A DNA stretch of 64,000 nucleotides, taken from assembly GCF_006345805.1 (NCBI RefSeq), contig NC_043008.1:75640001-75704000 (forward strand), read 5' to 3'. The position numbers and the translations under genes are program-made. Below, piece by piece: positions 53,224 to 64,000 of this stretch (position 1 is its first letter; the number at the start of each line of letters is the position of its first letter). Source of the DNA: Octopus sinensis. Taxonomy: Eukaryota. A model generated the notes under the pieces. That model worked only from the letters and a program-made list of their open reading frames with translations. It searched no databases and was not told the origin of the DNA.

Positions 53224-54443
53224 GTAAAACAGCTACATCTTGTCTCAAGGGGCGTAGCATTTTAGTGTACCTACACCTAAACTGAAAGTACTGAATATAC
53301 CTCATGAACATATGGATAATTATAGTAATTCCGAACGAAATCTTTTTTCAGAGTTTGTAAAGAACATCTATAAAGTGAGAATTTCTTTGCCCTACACGTT
53401 GATTGCCCGTAACAAAACTACATTGATATTCAATTTGCCTTCAATTTTCATTCGTTTGCATGATTTCTTCGAAAGTATAGATCTCAAAACTAGTATAGTA
53501 TCATTCGATTATTTTTCTTAATGACTTAACACAACAAATCATAGATTAGAAGCTATGCCTGTAAAATAGAAATCTTTCACGTAATCTTCAGACGACTACT
53601 TTCTTATATCTGGAAAATGAAAGGTATTTTAAATTTCGATAAGTTTACTACTTCGTTTATTAAATTTTGATTTCTACAGTAACGGTAAATGACTCAAGTA
53701 ACGTATCGTTAATCAACTGTTGGAGACAAGAACCAATAACAATAATTTGCTTATTACAGCAATTCTTTTGTATTCCTCACAGTTATAGTGGTTTCTTACG
53801 GAACATTTTTATAATTGAAAATATTTTTTTTAAAATTCTCCATATGGAATACGTTTTTAAAAAGTTGCCAATAATCTCTGTCTTAGACTCTATCAGTATA
53901 TTTGAAAGGATTCCTGTTTTCGAAAGTCGTTAATACCTCTTAATTAAACTTGGCAAAACATTGTATTTATATTAAATTAGGTTCCACGTGAAAAAAGATT
54001 CATATTAAGATAAAGAATTACAAATCTATTTAGTGAAGATATTTTAAAATTGAAATACAGTAAAGGCGCGCATAGGCTGTATTGTGATTTGAAAAACTTG
54101 AAACAACTGAATTTATTCAACAATTGGTTGAGAGTCTCTTTCACTAGGTATAATTAAAATATAAATGTGTGGAACATACGTCCATATATAACAACCAAGA
54201 TTATGATCCCTTTATCAAATAATTCGATAAAATAGAGGTAGATAGAGCTTAAGCAATTTTCAAAATATACTAATGAAAGCGATTGGCATGGTGCAGTATT
54301 ATTAGCCCGCTTGTGCGGGAATGATCTATTGAGATAAACAAACAAGGATACAACAATAGATGAAGAGAACCCATTGGCGCTTATGATGAATATCATCAAT
54401 CTCTAAGCGAAAATATCACAGTTTTATTCCGTGTTAGCAATGA

Positions 54444-54459
<16 letters not shown>

Positions 54460-54483
<24 letters not shown>

Positions 54484-54561
54484 ATGTGTGTCTGTGTGTG
54501 TGTGCAAGCATATATGTATATATCTGTGTGTCTGCGAAACCCCGTTGTATATGCATGCAAG

Positions 54562-54633
<72 letters not shown>

Positions 54634-55032
54634 AATGAAGTAATCAGATCGGATGGTTCATATTTGTAGATATTTATTTATATATTACATTGTTTACATA
54701 TATATCATATCATTCAGATCATATCATTCGGATTGTTAGCGCTTTCTCCCAATCTAGTGGGGTTTTCAAATCAAATCAATTCCTTTGTGGGGAATTTGAA
54801 CATTTTATAGTTTCGTAGTAGTGCGGAGGAATAAGACAGTATAAGAGGGTGAGGAGGAAGTGAGACAGAGAAAACATGTGTGTATGTGTATGTGTGTGTG
54901 TGTGTATATGTGTGTGTGTATGTGTGTGTGTGTGTGTTGTGTGTGTGTGTGTATGTGTGTCTGTGTGTGTGTGCAAGCATATATGTATATATCTGTGTGT
55001 CTGCGAAACCCCGTTGTATATGCATGCAAGCA

Positions 55033-55093
<61 letters not shown>

Positions 55094-55395
55094 TATATTA
55101 GAAAAAATGAAGTAATCAGATCGGATGGTTCATATTTGTAGATATTTATTTATATATTACATTGTTTACATATATATCATATCATTCAGATCATATCATT
55201 CGGATTGTTAGCGCTTTCTCCCAATCTAGTGGGGTTTTCAAATCAAATCAATTCCTTTGTGGGGAATTTGAACATTTTATAGTTTCGTAGTAGTGCGGAG
55301 GAATAAGACAGTATAAGAGGGTGAGGAGGAAGTGAGACAGAGAAAACATGTGTGTATGTGTATGTGTGTGTGTGTGTATATGTGTGTGTGTATGT

Positions 55396-55400
<5 letters not shown>
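54460..55400. repeat. direct tandem duplication, period about 472 bp
   Basis: 54629-54880 equals 55101-55352 by eye; only microsatellite lengths differ. Confidence 0.9.
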
Positions 55401-55435
<35 letters not shown>

Positions 55436-55662
55436 TTGTATCTGAGAGGGAAGAAGAAATGTTATTTCCGTTGGTCTACTGGACCTCCTGTGGTTTTATA
55501 AGAATTTTGGCTCTGTCCATTTTGGTGTCACTGAGTGTGTGTTGTGCGTAGGTTGGCCGGACAAATGTCATTTGGGGTCACACTTTCTATGATCATTTTG
55601 TGGAGGTGTGTGTGTGTCTCTGTGTGTCCGTGTGTGTTTGTCTCTGTGTGTCCGTGTGTGTT

Positions 55663-55706
<44 letters not shown>

Positions 55707-55895
55707 TGGATTATGCCTACACTGACGATTAGCAAGTGGATTATGTACCACTAACAATAAAATCATATGATTTGCGGCTGAATCTGTTTCTGAGAGGCGA
55801 CTTCCAAGGTGCATTCCCTCGCTGTATATTTATGGTAGTCTTTACGTGTAGTAATGCCCTTCATATAATATAATATAATATAATATAATATAAAT

Positions 55896-55971
<76 letters not shown>

Positions 55972-56027
55972 AGGTTTGCTTTTTGGCAATTTTTCAACAG
56001 AAAGGCAAAGATATCTACGTTACTAAA

Positions 56028-56488
56028 GCGACTGAGGGCGTTATTAAGCACCAGTATTGCGAGAATAAGAGTCAAAGCAACTCATAGCCACAATAAGATC
56101 CATCTCATTGACTGACAAGAGAGAGAAGCTCTCGAAGCATCGGGCATAGTCAGATCAACATTTATTTCTTATTTACATTTATGCTTGATGGAAAAATTAC
56201 TAACAAGCCACATTTATTCATAATTTAAACCATTACTGCTTATGATATCAATGTATGATTTCTACGGTAAACTTAAAAGCTGACCAGGCGAGTTGACTTT
56301 AACCCCAAATGCTGGTGAGTGCCATTGACGAACATTAACGTAAATGCGAAACACTGGTGATCTGGGTATGGCTGATGCTTAGGGAGTTGCTTTCCTTGTC
56401 AGACAATAAGATAGTGCTTATTGTGGGTATGAGTTGTTTTGAATCTCCTTTCTAGCAGTAGTGGTGCTGAATAGCACCCTCAGTCGAC
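56028..56488. mobile_element. old MITE-like element with diverged 130-bp inverted arms
   Basis: gactgagggcgttattaagcacc...aactcatagccacaataag compared with the reverse complement of cttattgtgggtatgagtt...ggtgctgaatagcaccctcagtc. Confidence 0.55.
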
Positions 56489-56710
56489 TTATATATGTGC
56501 GTGTGTGGTTGCGCGCATGTGTGCGAATATGCGTGTGTGTTTTGGGGTGTGTATGTGTAATTGAATAAGTTTCATTCAACAAGAAAGAGTACAGAGGAAC
56601 ATATTTTTAATCACTACAATTGTTTCCGCGCAACGTAGTTTTCCAGGTTCGCAGGTATTCAGTAATTTAACCGTTTCCCTGCATTGTGAGAGACTTGTTT
56701 GTTTCATTTG

Positions 56711-56761
<51 letters not shown>

Positions 56762-57069
56762 TATGTATATATATATTATATTATATTATATTATATTAAA
56801 TTAGAGATAAAACCACTATTAGGCAAATCAAACAGTGAAAAACTTAAGCCAATACATAAACTTAATGAAAAAAATAAAAGTTAAAAATAAAAAAATATTT
56901 AAATAATTTAAACTTATAAATTATATATATATATATATAGATATATATATATGTATATATATTTTTATATTTATATATTATTTTATTAATTAATTTATTT
57001 ATTTATTTATTAGTTTGGTTTTTTTTTGCTAACATTTAGTAATAAGTTTTGTTGGAAGTATTTCACCAT

Positions 57070-58130
57070 TATTCCTTCATGTCGATATTCATAGTATAGA
57101 CTTTTGCTTTTTGCATCCTGAGCGTTTCAAATTCAGGTTCCTTTTTCAGCGAATTTAGATCACCTGTTTTATGGTTATGTGGGATTTTGCCAGGAAAAAC
57201 AACGTACTGCCAGAGGGGGTCAATGCCGATAAATAAGGTGTTCTCTTCGATTTTCAGCACTAAGTTTATAAAAGTATTTTTTGCAGCTGTGGTCTAACAG
57301 TTGCTGTCTGAGAGATACTACGCAATATTCGAAGGCTTTCTAGACCGATGGGAAGCCTCTACCTCTTTCATGTCTTCTTAGAATCAATGTCACTGGTTCT
57401 GCGAAAGTTTCCTGTTGATAGCTGAATCTCTGGAGTGGACTTCCGTTACGACCCAGTGAAATATCCTAGGTGCTGGTAAAAACATTGGTACTTCAAATAC
57501 ACTGTGGAATACTAAATTGTAAAACCTGAATTAAGACTGCCATATTTTAAAAAATCTATTATATTTTCGAGGTATTCTACCTTTATTAGCAGCACCTGCA
57601 TATGACATGTATACATATGATCATTTCTTTTGATTCAATTCCATTCCTATGCCTGCTGAAAATGTAGGGAGACTCGAGCAATTATTAGCATTGTGAGCGC
57701 CTTTATCATAGTTTTCCAGGACACTAACAAAGAGATTATAGGTTACGTCTCTATCTCTGGCAGTCATATACCATGGCGTGTAAGCAATAAGCTTTACAAA
57801 TTAAAATGATAACAGATATATTATCAGAATAATCACCACTACGGAGAGATTAACTGTTTGGAATATTTCCTTTGAAATATTTACAGATATTCACAGATGT
57901 TCGTTTCGCTCGCATCTAATGAAACAGTTACTTCTACCAAGTGCAGACATCGGCAGTCTTAAGCGAGTAATTGTGGCATTGACTCGAAAGGATTCCTATA
58001 ATCAAGGATTATCCGATATTTTCTTACTGGGAACAGCATATCTTAGTTCATCAAAAGTTTTTCAGCACAACCCCAGACTTCCATATTTCCATTTGCCTCT
58101 TCGGTACAATGTTGAGCAATGATCCTGAAG
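57070..58130 (-). mobile_element. highly decayed R2/NeSL-like RT
   Basis: Minus frames give VWGCAEKLL (GCxEH-like), IILDYRNPFESMP (LDxxxAFxSxP), FSAGIGMELNQKK* (GMxLNxxK) and HLGYF. Confidence 0.5.
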
Positions 58131-59038
58131 GAATTAGTTGATATGGCTTGTGTAAAGCTTGAGCATATTGCTTAGCCAAGCGATGGGCCTTTAGTTTTCT
58201 GCTACCGCGGTGGTTTTATCACTGGCAAAAACATTCATTATATAAAAATATAATTTGGCATCTGAAACAAACCTTTCATTCTCCTTTTAAATATACACAT
58301 TACGGCTTTCTGTCGAAAATCAGCCTTTTGCGATATCACTTTAATATCAGTTGTATAATATCAGTACTACGTGCATGGCACTTTTTCCTCACTGTACTTT
58401 GACATTTATAGAAGCTGTATATATGAAGGTACTATAATATCGCACGACTCCAAGTGTACAGCACCATCGAATAATTTCAACATGAAGCCAGTTGTATCGT
58501 CTTTCGTTTTCTTTGAACTATAGTTTCAAAATATTCTTAAGTTAAATGTGTGCAACAGTCATCACTACTAAAACAGTTACATATTGAGATATGAGTGTTC
58601 GTGATGGCGACAGCTATTTATTTACAGTATTTCAAAGTTCTCATATAATCGATTTTTCCCGGTTCTCTGTTTTGAGATGATCAATTAGTATTACGTGCGT
58701 TGGAATAACAGTTACTATCTGTGATAGCACTTCTAATTTGTTTTATTTTGCGAGGTAAGATGCTTGTTCCGAAAGCTATTTTGCTGTAAAATAGTGTAGG
58801 ATAGGTAAACTTCGTCCCAGTATTAATCAAGGGCTTTTTTTTTTGTAACGTCGTAGATCTTGATTAGTAGACCAAGTAGAGTGAGAAGAGTACATACATC
58901 GTTCTAAATACCTAAATACAGGTGCTTTGTTATTTTCAGTATTGATGTTGTCGTAGTAAAGAAATTCTACGTGGCGTAAGACATACTTTTCAAAGTTCTC
59001 TCAATACAGCTATTTTTGGAAGGAAAATATTTTACTCC

Positions 59039-59069
<31 letters not shown>

Positions 59070-59076
<7 letters not shown>

Positions 59077-59270
59077 TGTATATATTATTTCTTTATTGCC
59101 CACAATGGGCTAAACACAGAAGGAACAAACAAGGACAGACAAACGGATTAAGTCGATTAAATCGACCCCAGTGCGTAACTGGTACTTATTTAAGGATGAA
59201 AGGCAAAGTCGACCTCAGCGGAATTTCAACTCAGAACGAAGCTGCGAACGAAATACCACAAAGCATTTCG
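59070..59270 (+). mobile_element. SINE 3' portion
   Basis: Same family as 27810-28020. Confidence 0.7.
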
Positions 59271-59329
59271 CCGGGCGTGCTAACCGTTCTGCCAGCTCGC
59301 CGCCTTAAATATATATATTTGTTATGCAA

Positions 59330-61060
59330 GATTTTTATGTGAAATTGCGTGTTGAAACAGATATTGTTGTATTTAGGAATGGTCATTTTGCCAGTTTAGC
59401 CAATAAAAACACACGCACTATATATTTGCTGTTACTTTGCTTCAGCGTTATTCAATTTTTACATTAATCTTAATCTTATTTCGGCCAGAGTTCTTTCGTC
59501 ACACTCCTATGACCACATATAGATCCATATAGAGAGATGGAGCGGATAGACCAGAGCCATACGGACCCCCACAAATGTCCATCAGGTAAAGAAAATGATC
59601 AAACATGCTCCAGGAGCTAGTAGAAGAGTTACCCTAAAAGGCCACGCGTTTAAGTTTAACAATAAAATATAATGCCAGAACGAGGGGGCAGCCATCGGCG
59701 TTAGTATCGCCGGTGACGAGACTAAACTTTTCATGGTATGGTGAGGCAGAGGGCTTAAGGAATGCCTAACACAGAGCTCCATACTCGTGAACATATACTC
59801 TCGCTATGTTGATGATATCAACATAGTGGTAAAGGCACCCCCACAAGAGAGTACTCTTGAAATAGAAATAGAAAATAATACTATGGAGAGCATTCTGCAT
59901 ATAGCTACCTCCATCCACCAGAGTATTAAGGTCACGATAGACTACCCTACTAAACACCCTAACTATAGACTACCAGTACTAGACACAGAACTCTGGCTAG
60001 AAACTGAGAATAATAAAACCCTAATCCTTCATTCGTACTATGCCAAACCTATGGCTTCCAAATACTTGATCCACCGGAACTCAGCTACCGCGGACAATGC
60101 CAAATTCAGTATTTTGATGGCAGATCTCGTCAGAATAATGCGAAATGTATCCCGCATGTGCGAGCCTACAGAGTTAAAGAGACACATATAACATTTCGTT
60201 CACCGCATGCAGTTCTCAGGTTACAGCCATAACGAAAGGATCAGAGTATACAAAGGAGCCATGAAGAAATTTGATACTATCTTATGTAATGATAGGAATG
60301 GGATTTGCCCACTCTATAGGAGCAAAGCATGGAACACTACTGAAAGAACAAAGAAGAACATAGGGAAGGCCAACTCTTGGTATGATAGCCATAAATACCA
60401 GAGTGTCATGTTCGTCGACACCACCCCAAGAGGTGAACTGGCGTACCGCTTTTGAAGGGCCCTAGACAAACCTAAGCTAAGGATTAAGGTTATTGAAAGG
60501 CCAGGGAACCCTATCAAATCTATAATCGGTAGAACCTACCCTTTTAGTAGAACCCTCCTGTACGGATAAGTACTGTACTGTGTTTAGATTTAGCCCATAA
60601 AGAAACTGTAAAACTAGAAATGTAGTCTATAGTATAAGATGTATAGGGGGACGATGCAGTAACAAGACAACGACATACGTAGGGGAAACGGCACGGAGCA
60701 TAGGAGAGCGGGTAAATGTACATTGGAGAGGAAGTAAGGAAGGAAAGAGCCAATCGGTTCTGTACCAACACGCCGAGCAGGAACACGGGGGCTCAATCAA
60801 CAACAATCTTGTCCACACATAGAACAGATGCAACAATCAGACAAATTACGGAAGCTACACGCATAATAGAAGATAAACCTATCCTGAATAGGAAACTGGA
60901 ATGGAACACTAGCACACACTACAGCATATGACAGAAGATCCCCATAAACTGGTTACAATATAAACAAAACTAAAATCATAATAAAATAAAATACACAGAT
61001 AAATAAACAAATGGAAGTAAATAACTATATACATTCTTATTATTATTATGCATACATAAT

Positions 61061-61098
<38 letters not shown>

Positions 61099-61510
61099 GT
61101 AGGTGTAAACACATGAACAAAATAAAAATAAAAATAAACAAAAACACAAACAAATTACACGAACTTATATAAACAGGAGATAAAAATATTACAGGCACTC
61201 CTCCCCACACACACACTAACTAAACATAGACACACATAGAGCTATACGCATGCGCAAATGAAGACGTATACAATAGAAATACAAATACAAAATGGCTGAC
61301 CGTTAGTAAGGAGAGACACACAAATAAGAAATAAGAAAGCAAAAGACCACTGATGCGGTCACAGGAGTGTGACGAAAGGACTCTGGCCGAAATAAGATTA
61401 AGATTAATGTAAAAAATGAATAAGGCTGAAGCAAAGTAAAAGCAAATATATTGTGCGTGTGTTTTTATTGGCTAAACTGGCAAAAGGAACATTCCTAAAT
61501 ACAACAATAT
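59330..61510 (+). mobile_element. 5'-truncated PLE (RT C-half, thumb, GIY-YIG at about 59600-60930) with 3' pseudo-LTR and inverted pseudo-LTR copy at its 5' end
   Basis: GAAIGVSIAG; YSRYVDDINIV; YYAKPMASKYLIHRNSA...LVRIMRNVS; CKTRNVVYSIRCIG...YVGET; TEATRIIEDKPILNRKLEWN. 59350-59515 is the reverse complement of 61358-61510. Confidence 0.88.
61347..61386 (+). ncRNA. hammerhead-like motif in pseudo-LTR (core variant)
   Basis: cca CTGATGC g gtcac aggagt gtgac GAAA ggac TC tgg; A9 is changed to C. Confidence 0.4.
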
Positions 61511-61724
61511 ATATATTTGTTTTTGTATTTGGTTAGCAAGATTCACATGAATGCGTATTTAAAGCATATTTTATTGTGTTTTTGGGAGAGTCATTCTCTT
61601 TTAGTGCCTTATTATTTAACTCACGCACCGGTTCGAATTGCACTCCTGTAAATGAGTAGAAATCGAACCGGTGTGTTAAATAAGGGATTAAAAGAGAATG
61701 ACTCCCCCCAGACACAATAATATG

Positions 61725-61809
<85 letters not shown>

Positions 61810-61914
61810 AAGAGAGAGAGAGAGAGACGGAGATTCAGATGAATATGGTACTTAAGTTGAGGCACCAGAATTTAGCACGCTATTATCCATACAATGTCAA
61901 AGTAGGGTGATTAA

Positions 61915-62395
<481 letters not shown>

Positions 62396-62809
62396 CAAAA
62401 AGTAAACTAGTTACTGGTGTACGTTGGAACAGGTGATATACCAGGACAAGGAAACGTTCAAAAGGGCATTTAAAACGGTCGTTCATGCCTGCATTTTGAT
62501 GTTGGCTGTGTCATGTTGTATGAACGGATGTATGTATATGTATTTATATTTGTAGCGATGAAAGGTCGGACGAGAGGATGTAATATTCGATAAGTAGACT
62601 ACATCTCCATTCAATTAACACACAATGAACAAGTGAAATTTTTCTCTTCAACTGTGATATTTCTAGTTTGTCGTTATCTGTCACAGGATGTTGCCAATAA
62701 TGATCTGAGTTGGCTTATTGTATCTGAGACAGACACAGACACTAAGACACACACATAGATGTAAACACGTATATACACACCCAAATATATATATCAATAT
62801 ATATATTTT

Positions 62810-62884
<75 letters not shown>

Positions 62885-62891
<7 letters not shown>

Positions 62892-63186
62892 AAAAAGGAA
62901 ATGAAGAAAATGCTGACAAAATAATTTAAGTAATTTAAGTAATTTAATTAGGTAAAAGTTCTTTTTACCGGTTGCGCATTTGTTATGCTTATCAAAAGAT
63001 TAGAGTTCCTTTCTGATAGATTTTTTCCTCTTATCTGATAAGAGGAAAAATCTCTCAGAAAGGAACTCTAAGCTTTTGATAAGCATAACAAATGCGCAAC
63101 CGGTAAAAAGAACTTTCACCTAATTAAATTACTTAAATTACTTAAATTATTTTGTCAGCATTTTCTTCATTTCCTTTTTTATATAT
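62885..63186. repeat. near-perfect 300-bp palindrome with no spacer, centre at 63036
   Basis: Arms differ by about 3 substitutions and 1 indel; centre cttatc-t-gataag; flanked by (TA)n. Confidence 0.92.
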
Positions 63187-63280
63187 CACAACTCGTGTTC
63201 CACATCTCCTTTTTTAAATATGTATATATATATATTATATAGATGTATATATATATATATATATTATATATATATATATA

Positions 63281-64000
63281 TTCAGCTCACGAGCTGTGGC
63301 CATGCTGGGGCACCGCCATTTGGTGTTGCTACACGATTCTACTTCACGAATGCTTTTTAGCAATTGCCACTTGGTGCATGAGAGAGTTCGATGCAGCTGC
63401 CCTCATCTGCACCTCCTACCGTGAAGTTGGTTCATCTGGGACACCTGACAGGAAGAGATCCAGTTTCATTTTAAAGACATCAGCATCCACCCCATGCAGG
63501 TCTCTCAGGTTCTTCGGGAGGATATTGAAGAGCTGTGGGCCTCTGACGCCCAGGCTATCACACTATCTTGTCCTACATCTTGATGGCAAATTTTGGGTCC
63601 TTGGTAGTATGCAGTGGCGTCCAGTTCTAGTATTTGTGTAACTCTCGATGCAAAAGTTTGGGACAAGTCCTTCTAGGATCTTCCAGATGTATATTATGGC
63701 GTATCTTTCTCGCCTACGCTCTAAGGAATAGAGTTTTAATCTCTTGAGTCTTTCCCAGTAGCTTATATGCTGCACAGAGGCTTCTTCGTGTAGCTTCGTT
63801 GGATCGCCTCAAGTTCTGTGATTAACTTGACACTGGATGGTGACCATAGCTGAGAGCAATAGTCAATGTGGCTTAGGACAAGTGTCCTCCAGAGGATCAT
63901 CATGGTTTCCTGGGCTCTTGTTCTAAAGGTTCTAAGAATCCATCCGGTCAGCTGCCTACATTTCATTGCCAATTGAGCAACATGCACATGAAATGTTGCA
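63281..64000 (-). mobile_element. L2/Crack/Daphne-like LINE 3' end (continues beyond the window)
   Basis: GWILRTFRTR...LVLSHIDYCSQLWSP...LEAIQR; SYWERLKRLKLYSLERRRERYAIIYIWKILEG; QLFNILPKNLRD...FKMKLDLFLSGVPDEP...SNSL. Confidence 0.88.

Noticed and set aside
54154-54399. 81-aa hydrophobic ORF resembling a membrane-protein exon
   Set aside because: No family motif, AT-rich codons and ambiguous splice sites.

Overview
Eukaryotic, AT-rich, microsatellite-dense genomic DNA. The SINE families and (TA)n/(TATC)n/(TAA)n/(CA)n load suggest a coleoid cephalopod such as Octopus (inference). I found no intact long gene, rRNA, tRNA or CRISPR array, and most ORFs in the supplied track are microsatellite translations. 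The window is dominated by retroelement debris: about 9 Penelope-like element (PLE) insertions, a cluster of R4/Dong-like LINEs in (TAA)n, Hero/R2-like, RTE and L2/Crack-like LINE pieces, a Mag-type Gypsy pol, a Helitron, a Tc1/mariner remnant, SINEs and MITEs. Two phase-compatible candidate host exons lie on the minus strand at 37.7-38.4 kb. The most notable signal is about 13 type-I minimal hammerhead-ribozyme (HHR) motifs, read by eye. They occur in tandem non-coding units (559 nt and 461 nt, retrozyme-like), in near-perfect fold-back hairpins, and in a 3.6-kb inverted PLE whose two arms both carry a stop at the same codon upstream of the endonuclease. All homology calls come from motif recognition by eye, and element boundaries are approximate unless stated.
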